64,000 nt of DNA. Origin: Monocercomonoides exilis PA203 (lineage: Eukaryota > Protista > Preaxostyla). Position 1 is the stretch's first letter, and the number at the start of each line of letters is the position of its first letter. The position numbers and the translations under genes are program-made. The notes under the pieces were generated by a model. The model was not told the DNA's origin. It ran no database searches and saw nothing but the letters and a program-made list of their open reading frames with translations. The stretch lies in the NCBI GenBank assembly GCA_001643675.2, contig LSRY02000002.1, positions 2,418,001-2,482,000 of the forward strand. Reading direction: 5' to 3'. Shown here piece by piece: positions 23,915 through 36,520 of this stretch.

Positions 23915-25886
23915 CTCCTCTTCTTCTTCCTCTTCCCCTTCTTCCTCCTCATCCTTTTCCTTTTTAGCTTTCTTTTTCTTTTCCTCCTCTTCATCTTCTT
24001 TGCTTTCCTCTTCCTCTTCCTCTTTTTCCTCTTCTTTCTCTTCCTTCTTTTCAGCTTCTTCTTCTTCCTCTTCTTTCTCTTCCTCTTCGCCTTCTTTCTT
24101 CTTCGATTCAGTTTCTTCTCCTTCTTTCTTCTTTTCTTCCTCTTTCTCCTCTTCATCATCATACATTTTCTCATCTGCCTTTTCACTGACTTTTCCTTCT
24201 TCTTTCTTTTCCACATCTTCTTTCTTTTCTTCTTCCTCCTTTTGCAAAGCTTCCTCTTCTGCCTTCTTCTCTTCCTTTCTCTTCTCTTCTTCTTTTCCTT
24301 CTTCCTCTTCCTTCTTCTTCTTCTCTTCCATCTCTTTCTTCCTCTCCTCCTCTTTTGCCTTCACCCTCTTCTCCACTTCGCTCCTCTCCTTCTTCCTCTC
24401 CTCTTCCACCCTCTTCCTCACCTTCTCCCTCAGCCTTTCTCTTCTCTCTTTGTGTTCTGCCTCAACAACAGCCACTTGCTCTGCGGGGCTTAAGCTCTTA
24501 TTCGAAGGGCTCCTTTTGATTCCTAACAAAACTGCCTCTATCAACAGAAACAGCTCGTCTTCATCTTCACACAGCTTCTCATTCTCATCCTTTTTCTCCT
24601 TCTCCTTCTCTTTCTCTTCCTTCTCCTCCTTCTCTGCATCTGAAGCAGACGACAGCACAGTCTTCGTGAGTGATGTGCTCAGATCGATCACCAAATCCTT
24701 CTTCAGCCTGTTCAATCTGAACACATCTGCGTCTTCTCCTGCCTGCGCCACCTCCATTTCTGTCTGATGCTGCCTCATCTCCCTCTTCTTCGTCTCCTCA
24801 TACGCCATCCACCCGCTCAGATGAGCCAGCTTCTTTCTCTCCGCCTGGCTGAGCACACGGAAGGGAACACACATGCTCCTCCTCTCTTCTTTCTTCATCC
24901 CTATCAGCAGCTGCTCCACCACCCCCATGTGGATCTCTTTCCCTATCTCCTCTTCGCCTTCTCCTTCGCCTTCTCCTCTTCCTTCTCCTTCTCCTCCTCC
25001 TTCTTCTTCTTCTTTCTCTGCTTCATCATCTTCCTCTCCTGCCTCTTCGTCGCTGCTGCCTGCTCTACTATCCTTCTTCACTTTTTTCTGTTCTTCTTTG
25101 TCTTCATCTTCTTTCGTCTGACTGTGTGTTCTGAGTGTCGACTTCAGCAAATGCTCTCCAGTCATATCAACAATCAACCTTCCCCTTTCTCCTCTCTCTT
25201 CGTTCGGCTCTTCTTCGTCATTATCCTCTTCTTCTTCATCGTCCATTCCTTCGATTTTCTTTTCTTCAGGTTCTTTTTTCTTTCGGATAAATTCAAATAC
25301 TTTAATCTCAGCTCCTACAAAATCTCCAGGAAGTGCAAGCCAAGTTCCTTTTCCTTTGCTAAAGCTTACAGTGTGAAATAAATCTCCAATAACTTTAACA
25401 GTTGGAATCCTTTCAACAGTTTCCTTGACTGCTGCTGATTGTTGAGAAGCCATTTGAGTTGCTAGCATTTGGCGATATTGAGTCATTTGAGCTTTAATCG
25501 CTCGAATTTGAGCATCAAATGTTGCTGCTTCTTGAGGCTGTGAGAACTTAACAGACCAAGCGGTCATGGACTTGTCTCGGAATGTTGCAAAGACTCCTGA
25601 ACTAATTTGATAGACAAAGGAGTCAAGTGACACATCTTCGCAGACAAAACGCTCTGTCGAAGGCTGAGCTGTTTTATACACTGAAAGAAGATAAAATGGT
25701 TGAACTTGCCTTCGTTCTATTGCTACAAAAACTCTGCCCCTTGGTGAATATTGCGTTACACTTTAGAAAAGAGTATTTGAATCATAATCATAAAAAAAGA
25801 TGAATTGTTTCCTATAAAATAACAAACTATTCAAAGACATCAGCAATTGCGTAAAATAAGTATTGCGCTTGTTGTGCTGCAGCCAT
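20444..25886 (-). CDS. FKBP15/WAFL-like endosomal protein: N-terminal WH1/PH-like domain, degenerate FKBP-like segment, long coiled coil, acidic tail with repeated LF-acidic motifs
   Basis: Exon 25886-25828, intron 25827-25761, exon 25760-20444. The N-terminus (YSPKGRVFVAI..YLLSVYK..FATFRDKSMTAWSVKFSQPQEAATFDAQI) follows the FKBP15 N-terminal pattern. GVVEQLLIGMKKEERRSMCVP resembles the FKBP GWExGxxGMxxGxxRxLxIP motif. The tail has many SLFxDD motifs and polyproline. Confidence 0.65.
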
Positions 25887-26114
25887 TTATAATCTTTGTA
25901 TCTGGGTCAAAAAAAATAAATCATAAAAATTAAACGTGGATCAAAGAAGTTTTACATTCATTAACATACAATAATAATATAATTACAAATAAGTTTCAGC
26001 AAAGTACAGTGTTTAAAGCACTTAAAAGCACAAACAAAACACTTTTATTAGGCTTAAACTTATTATTATGGTTATCTTCACCATAATAGAGATCATTCAG
26101 AATTATTTCGTTGG

Positions 26115-26656
26115 ATGGGGAAATCAAAACAAAAAAAGTTAGAGAAAATTAAAGAAAGAAAAGAAAAATTAAAAAATAGAGCTGCACTGGTTGAAAGCAT
26201 TTCAAAATTACAAGCTCCTTCTTCTATTCTACAAAAATTATCAAAAACTTCGCGCCTTGGAATGGTATTGCGTTTTAATGATATATAAATAAAATTCTCA
26301 ATTTACATATTTAATTTCAATAATTTTAGAAAGAAGTGAAAAAGAAAGTTTTACAATTTGAAGCGAGCGAAGTTCTGAAAAATAAATCTGAAAATCTTCG
26401 AAAGAGCGACATTCTCGAAGAAGATTCTGATGAATCTGATTCAAGCAGTGAAGATGATATTAATGATATTGAAATACGAAATACAGAAGAGAAGAAAGTT
26501 GATCCATCAGAACCACCACCATTTGTAATACAAAATCGCGCAGAAAAGAAAGTAAAGGAAAAAGAAAGAGATGCAGATGGAGATATAATTCATCATACAA
26601 GGCCAAAGAAGAAGAAAGTCGAAGGATTAAAGTTTTCTTCTGAAGATGGAGAATGA
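26115..26656 (+). CDS. Small basic/acidic protein (158 aa) resembling the N-terminal extension of DEAH helicase DHX37/Dhr1, with no helicase domain
   Basis: Exon 26115-26264, GT-AG intron 26265-26329, exon 26330-26656, in frame. Product begins MGKSKQKKLEKIKERKEKLKNRAALVESISKLQAPSSILQKLSKTSRLGM. Confidence 0.7.
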
Positions 26657-27045
26657 AAATTATGTAATTCTGTATTTAATTATAATGTTAGGGTAATATC
26701 TCTCTATTACAAACTTTTAAGATTGAAAATTCAAGGCTTACATTTTGAGCTCTTTTATAAATTATTTCCCTTTGAGATATGTTATTTTAAACAAACTGAA
26801 TTTGATTATTTTGGAAGAAACAATGTTTATTTTTAATTGAATTTTGAAATTGTCAATTAATTTTTTGCAAGAAAAGCAAATAATTGGAAATAATTTTAAA
26901 AGATTTTGCATTTCTAAATATGCTTGATCAAAAGAACTATAAAAGTATTTTATTGATTTGTTGAATATTTGTGAGCCGTTTTACGCGACTCACAAGCAAA
27001 AAAGATTCATTTCAAAGAAAGTATTTGCATTGCAAATAATTTAAA

Positions 27046-30000
27046 ATGGAAGAAGATAATCGCAGTGTATCGTCAGTATCAACGTCTATGACTTTCAGCC
27101 ATCAACAAGGAGATTCATTTTCTAAAAAGGATGAAGTGTTATTTACTCCATTATTTCCTTTATACCAGCAAAAAAAGCGTCCAAGTAATTTATATGCAAT
27201 TATTCTTTGGGTAGTTCAACTTATTCAGCTCATAACTCTCAGCGCCTTTCGAATTGATATAAAAACTCAAACTGTAAATAAAACATCATTAGTTTGTGAT
27301 GCAACTTTTTTATTGTAATGGTCACATTTATTTGCATGTTTACTTAATTTCTTATTCTTCATTTTATTTAAAGTACATTGAATTTCTTGACGGAAACTCA
27401 ATTTCATATTTTGCGAAAATTGCAAATACATACATAATATTTGGAATTTTTACTTACGATATATTATTGATGGCATATCTTTTCGTAGTTTCTTTATTTT
27501 TCAGTACTATTGCTTCAAGTCAACCATGGATCATTCGACTTTTGCGATTTCTTGTTGATTTCACTTTAAAGCCATTGTTTATACCTCTTATCACAATCCC
27601 AATAACTTCGTTTGATTGCTGTGAAATCAATGGAACATTGATGCACAGAGGATTGGACGAATCTTGCTTTAGTAGAGGTGCCTTTATTTTTGGATTTATC
27701 TTTTCGGTTCTTCATTTGGTTTGGCTTGGAATTTTCACTTTTTGCGAGCAATGTGCAATTTATAATCATCATTGCAAACATGGTGGATATTTTTCATCTG
27801 CGAATGGATTTTGGCAAGCCTTTGAAAAGATGATCATATTTGGATGCGTGTTCGCAATGAGGATGCTATATGGATGGCCGTTCTGGAGAGGAGTTGTTAC
27901 AGTTGGTTCGTCGTTAGTCATGGTGATATATTTTGCATGGCATCAACCAATGTACAAATTGAAGGGCAATCTGTTTCATGCATGGACTTGGTGCATCTTT
28001 GGCTGTCTTCGACTGTGCAGCGAAATTGGATTCGCCATCGAAAACGCTTCCGGATCGTTTGTTCCAACGCTCGTATTCGAAGTTGTAGGCTTGATCTGTG
28101 GCATTGTGTGTTGCGTGGCGTGCAAGAAGTTTGGAAAGAAGCGAAGAGATGGTCTGTATATCCTCACCGAGTCCAAACAGCCAATTGTTGATGTCCATTC
28201 AGAAGGAGCTGCACATCGTCTTCCTGTCGTCACAAACCCCAGGCGACTCGAACGGGGCATCCGCTTTCTGACGGAAGAAGAGCTCAGATCGTTTGACTAT
28301 GTGACATATGCAGACATGTTGTATACAAACGCAATTCGGAAAGAAAGGCGCGATCCGCAGCTGAGCTTCAATTTTGCAAACTTTCTGATGTACTACAGAA
28401 AGAACTGGATGAAGAGCCACGTGGTGCTGAAGCAGGCGCGTATGTCGTCACCATCGTTTTTCCTGCGCTTTGTACTCTACTGCAAGACGAAGGACAGCAC
28501 CGAAGGCAAAAGCTCAAGCGGCTCAGGTGGTAGCGAAGGGATGAGCGAGCTGAACTCACTCACCTTCGACACGCTCATGGCGAAGGCGCAGGAGACACAC
28601 GAAGCAGCAAAAAATTCGCTACATGAGTTCTTCGACAACATGACATCGCAGACACCAGTGTATTCACTGATTGAGGAGCATCTGACATCGATTGTGACAA
28701 ATGAGGGCAACTCACGGAGATGTTACGAGGAGCTGATCTCGTCGCACCCGCAAAACACGACGGTGCTGCGGAGCTATGCGCAGCTGCTGCTTGACATCTT
28801 CCACGACGAAGATACCGCAGAGATGATTCTGAACAGGGCTGACCAGATTGAAGAGGACTCCTCCTCGTCGATGGGGCCGACGGTAAACTCGGGTGCGGGC
28901 GATCCGTCTATCTCTCTTCCGATGGATGCTGCTGAGCGCAGTCAGGATGTTCAGAGCCGCTCGGTCATCAGCAGTTCGCAGGTCAGTGTGAAGAAGAAGA
29001 GGAAGAAGAAAGGGAAGAAGGGAGGCACGCTGGTTTCTGAGCTTACGCAAAGTTCAGCACGGAGCACTCGAGCAAACACGGTGGTGTCAGTGATTATGGT
29101 TGTTTTGCACTTCGTGGCGATACTCTGCATCATCATCGATGTCATTGTGTACAAATCTTTGGCTACTTCTTATTCGAGCGATCTCGAAACATTGAGAAAC
29201 ATTGCAGATCTTTCGCTTACAACCAACAGGTTGAGCAACATGGCGCTGCAGTATATGTCACACGACATGTACTATCACTTCACTTGGGTCAAAAACGACG
29301 ATGGCTACACAAATGCGCTGATCTACCCGTCAGAACTTCAGAAGACATTCCGTGAAATAGCAGACACACTATCCAATTCTGTGTCCAAAGTGTATGGCGT
29401 CACCAAGCTCCTGACGCCGTGGGAGTCGGCGACAATTGCCATTCAGCTGTTTGAGATGCAAACACCTGCAGACAACATGTCGCTCACAAAAGTGCTGCAT
29501 CACTACCAGCAGATGTCCTCTCTCCTGACTGTGCTGACTTCTTTGTCGCAGATGTCCCGTTCTGTCGGCGAGGCGCCGCCCAACCAGCGCCCAACACACA
29601 GCTCGTACTGCAGTGATTTGGAGTACATGATATTCAACCCTCCACAGCCTGTGTTTGAAGGAACCAAAACAGCCATTATTTCATACTGGGATGAAACGAC
29701 TAAGACTGCTCGGATGATTAGGGGAATGACAATTTTCATTGTCACATTTACACTCGGCTGCATCGGCCTTGCTCTGCTAGGGATGTTTATTGCGATGTCT
29801 CGGAATGCGAAGAAGGAGCGTATTGAAGCATATCATGTCCTTCTATCTGTTCCGAAGGCAAGAATGCAAACTGTCATCAGGCGCCTTCTTTCTGATGATG
29901 ACAAAGGAACAGATGCTGAACACTCAATGTCTGAATCTCTTGAAGATGAGATGCTTGCCAGGGACGATGCAATGTCAAAGGACAAAACTTCAGAAGCATT

Positions 30001-32878
30001 GGAAAATGCGGAGAAAGAGGAAGAAAACCAGTTTTCGCCTTCAAAAGAACAGAATGGCTTGCAAAAGCTGTTTCCTGCTTCAATCGATGTCATCTCTGAG
30101 AGCGAGTCGGGAGATATAAGCAATAAGCAGCTGTCGATTGAAGAGGCAGAAAACAACATTATCACTCCGATGGATCTGGATGAGATGATGGCTCGAACTG
30201 GTGTGGCTCAAACGGCAGAAGAATCACAGCAACAGCAAACACATTCACCGACACTGACGCGCAAGTCTTCTCGGCATTCGCCTGGAGGAAGAGCAAATTC
30301 TGTCTCACCTACTGACAGCTACCTGCATCCACCACAGACTTCGCTTGAGACATCCTCTTCGGGAATGCTGATTGAGACAATCTTGCCAACAAAGGCAGAT
30401 GATGAGATCTCGTCTCGCCACTCCAAAGCAACAGATCCCTCAGCTCAGATGGACCCTGTTCTACAAGATATGCTCTCACAACGCTCGCGGCCAGCAACGT
30501 CATCACTCCAGACATCGCAGACACCTGCTTCACAGCAGTCCTCACAAACACCCCACAGGCCGCTGTCTCCGAATCATGCTTCTGACCTCTCTGTTCCGCA
30601 GACTCCGAATGTTTCACAGATTGCTCAGGTTCCTCTGATGCCTTTATCTACAGTCTCTTCTGCACGCACGACGTATCCTCAATCTCAGCCAATGACACAG
30701 CGAATAACATCACCTCGTTTTTTCCTGCAGCCAGCTTCAGACACTTCAATGGCATCGTCTGCTGGCATGATGGATCAGTTGCAGGTGCCTCCATCTCCAA
30801 TGGGTGGCGTGACTTCGCCTTCGATGCTCCGCCTGATGTCTCACGAAACTGCCTCGCTGACTGCCTCGCCTCGGATGCGGCACAACGTGGATGTTGGCAT
30901 TCGGAGGCCTTGCACAACAGGAGAAGCATTCAAATTCAGCCAAAAGGCACCAAAACCGATTCAGACGCCTCTTGCAAATGATCTCGACCACAATCACAAT
31001 GCACACAGATTTCCTGCAGCGCAGGACAACTCATTAGCGCACCAGTTTATCTCTCCAACAGTTCTCAGCCCGACAATTCTGTCACCAGTTGGTACAGTCG
31101 TCAACCAATTCGGAACATCTGCATTCACAGACCTTGGAAATCTGTTTATGCTCCCTACCTCTCCCACGCAGATGTCGACGTTTCCCAGTGGAATGTTTGA
31201 CACACGCACTTCACGTACAGTTTTGGACAACACTTCTGCTCCTCAGAACGAATCACAAAACAAACAATCAAATGTTAACAATCAGACATCAGCACCAGTA
31301 CAATCATCATCTCTGTCTTCACAGCAAGCGCTATCAAATGAATCACGTAATGATACTGGAGCATCAAAGGCAACAGTTTCTGCAATATTTGATGAAGACG
31401 AGGAGGATGCTGATGCATTGGCAGGGTTTGTGCGAAACGCTGTGGACGATGCAAAGTGGGAGGAAAAGTTGGACAAAGATATTGTTGTGCTGTCTGCTGC
31501 ATATAAGGCTCTTCCTTCGCCTCTTAATGCGCCTATCATTGGAAGGATAATAATGTCAATTTTTATTATTTGCGGTATTATTATTGCATTTGATGTGATC
31601 ATCGCAGCTGAAGTGGGAAGGTACATTACGACTTCCGCAAACGTTGTGCTATCGGGCATTCGTCCAGCTATTTTGGCGCAAATTCAGTATCTGGCAACGC
31701 GGATAATGTTTCCGAAGGCTCCTATCCATTTTGATGATGTTGTCACGTTTCCTGACTCGTCGCATCCTGTTTGGAAAGATTCTTCTCATGTTTCAAACGA
31801 CACCAATCACGTGAGAGATTTGCTGAATGGGACTTCTTACTACTTCCAGGCATTGCATGCGGCATGCCACTACGGAAACTCAATGTACACAATCACAAAC
31901 GATTGGAAACTGGATCAAGTGAAAACCGAGCGGCTGCCAACAAATCAGAACAGAGACATCCTTCTCAAATTGGCCGATTGCTACCTCAGAAACTCTGAAG
32001 ATTGTTCGACGCTTCCATCTGGCAGACTGTATGGAATTAAAGGGCAAATTTTTGGCTTGTCTGCTCTTCTTGCACGGCTCAGGCTGAACATCAATCGGTT
32101 GTCTCAGCAAGATATGATTGCACATCCAATCGGACAGGATGTGCGTGAGATTCGTTTTCTTTCATCAGCATTTCGTTATGACCTGCGCGAAGGGATTCAG
32201 AAACTGACTGACTCCATTCTGAAAGATGGACAAGGCCAGGTTGATGAATCTATCCTTTTGATGATCATTGCCTGTATTGTTTGCTGCTTCCTTATGATTG
32301 TTAATCTCTTTGTCAATGCGATCTACTGGAAACGCAAAATCACACAAATTCATTTGGAGTCGATGAAGCTGGTTGAGCTTCTACCAATCGACGATGATGA
32401 CAAGGAAATGAAGATGTTTGACTCGATGCTCACAGGTAATCAGATGCTCGATGATGGCAGACGCAGAATAATAAACTCTGCACAGCAACTTGTGGATTCG
32501 ATAAATCAGAAGGAAGATCTTAACGCAACGACAGCCGCGCACAAGCTGTTGATGCAGACAGCTACAGCCACTTTTTCTGAGGAGGAGAGAGAAATGAGAC
32601 TACATCACTACGACAAAGAAGAAATGGAAAAACATATTCTTCAGCATCTTATCTTGCGACAGAGGCTAACTATTCTTGGCGATCAATTAAAAGCAAACAA
32701 CGAAGCAGTCACTGCTTGTGTCAAAAAGTTACTCATCTCTTTGTTTGATGTGCACTTTACAGAAGCCGATGTGGATTTTGGTCGAGCACTTTCATCGACA
32801 AATAAAGCAAAACTAGAAAGTATCAACGATGTGAATCCACAAAAAGAACAATCCCTTTCTATGGGGACGTTATATTGA
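27046..32878 (+). CDS. TmcB-like polytopic membrane protein: N-terminal TM bundle, TPR-like helical region, further TM pairs, C-terminal hemerythrin-like domain
   Basis: Exon 27046-27291, intron 27292-27373, exon 27374-32878. About 8-9 N-terminal hydrophobic helices. TmcB-type motif YEELISSHPQNTTVLRSYAQLLLDIFHDEDTAEMILNRADQIEE. Two more TM-flanked loops. C-terminal hemerythrin pattern MLTGNQMLDD..FSEEEREM..Y..HILQH..HFTEADVDFG. Confidence 0.8.
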
Positions 32879-33740
32879 TATTTTTTGTGTGTATGTAATC
32901 CATTTCATATTGTTATCACTTCTATATGTATGTGTAATCATTTATTAATTACAACTCGACAAGAACTTTTTTGAGTCTTATTTTTTTTTTTTTTATTGCT
33001 TTGTATATTAATATTTCTCATTTCAAGACATTCTATATGTTATTTATTTATGTTGAACTATTTTTTATATAATCGTTTCAAGATTACATTCATTGCCTAA
33101 ATTTTTATGCATTAAAATTTAAAAAAAGAGATAAACTTGACATTTTTCTGATTGTCATCATTTATTCGCATATTTCTTTTTTTATTGAAGATACTTTTTT
33201 TTAAATTCTTTTTTTTTTGACCGTATTTGCAAGCCATCCTGTACAATTTCATAACAACAACTTCGTGATTGAAAGTTCAAAGATTTTTCTTTTGCTCAAA
33301 ATTAGATAAATTATTTTTGTTTGACTTAAAAAAAATTTCTTCTCATTTTTTAAAGGAAGTTCCTTTTATTCCAATAATATAAAAATCGAACAAAATTTGT
33401 TCCCATTCACTCATGTTCAAATTAGAAACCAATGAGTTTGTATGAACAATTCATATTTCATCGTATTTCACATATACACTTATGGAAATGTTCAATAATA
33501 AGATTTCTCACAACCACAAAAGAATTTCTTTCCTTTCCTTTCTTTTCTTTTTGATTGCAGTTCTTGTTACATAATAGATAAATTGTGAAATAAAAAAATA
33601 TTTCGAAATAAACTATTTATTTCAAGATCCCCCAGTATTTTTATATTAAAGGCAGTGTTTTTAAGAAAAACTAGTTTTTTTCAATTGTGACCTGACAGTC
33701 TTGCATTTATCAAAAAACAATGTTTAGAGGGTGGAAGTCA

Positions 33741-34915
33741 AAAACGCATAAATATTAAATATTATGGCATAATTGCGTTATATCGGACAACGAAAATTCT
33801 TGTTTTTTTGCTTCTAACATACTTTAATATGTATTTCGTTCAATTTAAAAATAGTTTTAATGCGCGGAAAACATTTTCTAAAAAAACAAAAAATATTTCG
33901 AAAATATTACAATTTTGGGTCAATTCCTAATTAGTGTTATTGAAAAACAGATAAAGTTCTTTAATAGCTTTTTCAAGACAAATGTAAATTTCAGTTTTTT
34001 ATTGAATTTTTGCATTTATTAATGAAGAGGGTTCACTGGAACAGTTTTCGGAAAATTTTGACAAACCTATTGTTTTCTTTTTAGGTTTTCATTTCTCTAT
34101 CAATATTCGTTTCAATTGTGGCTTTAGGGTTAGGGTTTGAATTTTAATCAACATTTTTGAATTTTGTTTTGTTTTAGGGTTAGGGGAAAAAATAAAAGAA
34201 TAATTTTGAATAGAATCCTTTTGAGTGAAGCAATGGTCATGTTGTTAGGATTTTTCTTGTATTAATAATATGGTCAATAGTTCAAATCCTACTGCACATT
34301 TCCTTTTTTTCATTTTTTTAATTTTTTTATCATCACATTTGGGACAAAATATTTGACTTCAGGCATTTTCATTGAAAAATTATGCACTTTTGATAGACTA
34401 TTTGTGATCAAAATTTTTCAACAAAATTGGTTCATTTTTTTGAATTCGTTTGAGATCACAAAATATAATGTTGCCATATCATTCACTTTTGTTGACTGAT
34501 ATGAAAATCAAATTTATTTTGAAAACTGAGAAAGCGATCAAATGTTATAAGTGAAACAATTTTTTCATACTTTGTGCATAAAAAGCTTGAAAGTCCGTAT
34601 TTTCCCCCATTTGTTAAATTTATCCCAAAAGTGATGGCTTGGGATTGTCTGATGAAGCAGATTCATCAGAATGAGAAGATGAATCATTACAGTTGACAAT
34701 TTTTTCGATTTTTCAACTTTTTTCATAAACCCACAATCATATTTTTTTTGAAAAAGAAAATTTTTTAACCTGATTTTGACTAACTTCCGCGCTTTGTTAA
34801 TAACCAAAACATAAATATATTTGATTAATAAACATTTCTATCAACAATTAAATCAATTTTTCGATGTCCGATAAAAAGCGAATTTACCAATATTATGATG
34901 TGTATTATGCTTTTA
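33741..34915. mobile_element. Degenerate non-autonomous element with long inverted termini (MITE/foldback-like relic), enclosing TTAGGG dimers
   Basis: TCGGACA (33783-33789) pairs with TGTCCGA (34865-34871), and GCGCGGAA (33862-33869) pairs with TTCCGCGC (34785-34792), at the same symmetry register. Flanking AAAA.GCATAA and AATATT blocks also pair approximately. No coding capacity. Confidence 0.5.
34124..34185 (+). repeat. Two interstitial telomere-like (TTAGGG)2 motifs
   Basis: TTAGGGTTAGGG at 34124-34135 and again at 34174-34185, in a strongly AT-rich background. Confidence 0.7.
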
Positions 34916-35679
34916 TAACATTTTAAAAAAGTGTTACTAAAAATTATGATCATTTTTCTTGGAAATGGAAAACGATTCGTTTTCCAAAAATAATGAATTT
35001 AAACATAAAGACAAAAGTTCAACAAACAATTGTTACCATTTATTTACAGTTTTATCTTATTTTTTGTTGATATACACAATTTTGGAATTCAGAAAATTTT
35101 GTTTTTGCTTTTAACGATAATACAATCATTCACGATTGGTTTGATTGTAATTTATTAACAACATTCCACTTCATCATAAACATATAGAACTTATTTTGTG
35201 AAATTTTCATTGATTAATATTTATTTATGCAAATGATCAAATTATTTTATATATTCAATCGGAATATTCAGAATGAAAACATAAATGCTTTCAAAAACTG
35301 AGTGACATCAACTGCCTATATTTATAGTAAATATTTTCTATTAATGTCGTTTTCTTTCTTTCAAGATTTCTCTCATTTGGATTTTGAAAATAGTTTTTGA
35401 ATCATTCTGAATGCCATACTTTTGCCAAAAATAAAAGATATTCAAAATACATAATATTCAGCTGGTGTGAAACAGTTATTTCATGAAATATTGAATCTAA
35501 TAAACCATTCTTTCTTTTTTTCGAAGACAATAGCTTTTTGAGTTTGAACTTTGAAATAATGAACAGCAGAAACAGAAAGTTTTCAGAATGAAAGGACTGA
35601 TTGATTTTTGTGTATGTTACATTTATCTGAGCTGCATATTCAAATTAATATATATTTATATATTTTTTATTTGCGAGGT

Positions 35680-36520
35680 TCGTCTTTTGAAAGTTGCCTT
35701 TGAAGAAAGAAGAAAATAATTAAACTCAAAAAGAGATGGAATTATCAAAGCTGAAATTGAGCAATTTTTATATGCAAAAAGTTTGTAATTGAATTATTTT
35801 TGTTCATTTATTGATTTCTTTCTAGTTGTTAGAAAGCATGTTGAATAAGAATTGCATTTGAAGGAGATGACAGAAATCATACAATTTCGTGAGGAAAAAC
35901 TCAACCTAACCAAACTCGCCTGTCAATCAGCTTGGATGTTTTTGATGTGCAAATGGATTAATGACACATGCCCAAAGAGCGTCATTGTGAACGAATTGCA
36001 TTTTGCAGGAGAAGCAACAAGAGAGCTAGAAGAGCTGATGAAACGAGTGGATTGGAAGAGGAAGGGAAAAGCGAAAGGTGGAAAAAGAAGACAAGATTAT
36101 CATCGAGATGGATCGTTGCATTGAAGCCTGATGTCCACTTATGTTGTGAGAAGAATGAAGAATTTGGAGTGCTTTCGTGCATCATTGCGAGGGAATTCAG
36201 GGAAGTGAAGTGGAATGATGAAGAAATCAGCAAGCAATGCATGAATAATATTCAAGGCGCAGCTGATAATCAAGATCTGAAGCTGAAGTCATGTCATAAA
36301 GCAGAGCAGCCGATGCAGTTTTGGAGGGAACGATCTGATCAGATGGAGCAAGCGCGTGACTTGATGATGAATTGAAGCTTCTGAGAAATCTTTGTGAAAT
36401 GCAGAAAGAAAAGACGGAGAATGAAAGCCTCAACGCAAAACAATAAGTTCCGAATAGATGGTTATTGAAAAAGATGAAATAAGATGTGTTTGAAGACTGC
36501 ATTTATGTGGATGGAGGTTT
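35680..36520 (+). pseudogene. Decayed copy of an expanded lineage-specific helical/ARM-like hypothetical protein family
   Basis: Purine-rich, coding-like segment broken by frameshifts and stops across ORFs 35852-36124 and 35968-36375. Fragments LLKVA..., NLTKLACQSAWMFL, VIVNELHFAGEATRELEELMKRVDWKRK and LLRNLCEM resemble a repetitive family I recall from Monocercomonoides annotations. Confidence 0.6.

Noticed and set aside
20467-25381. Many long plus-strand ORFs rich in S/F/L
   Set aside because: Antisense shadows of the E/K-rich minus-strand gene; pyrimidine-rich sequence rarely contains stop codons.
34124-34185. True telomere or chromosome end
   Set aside because: Only two dimers, internal, with genes on both sides.
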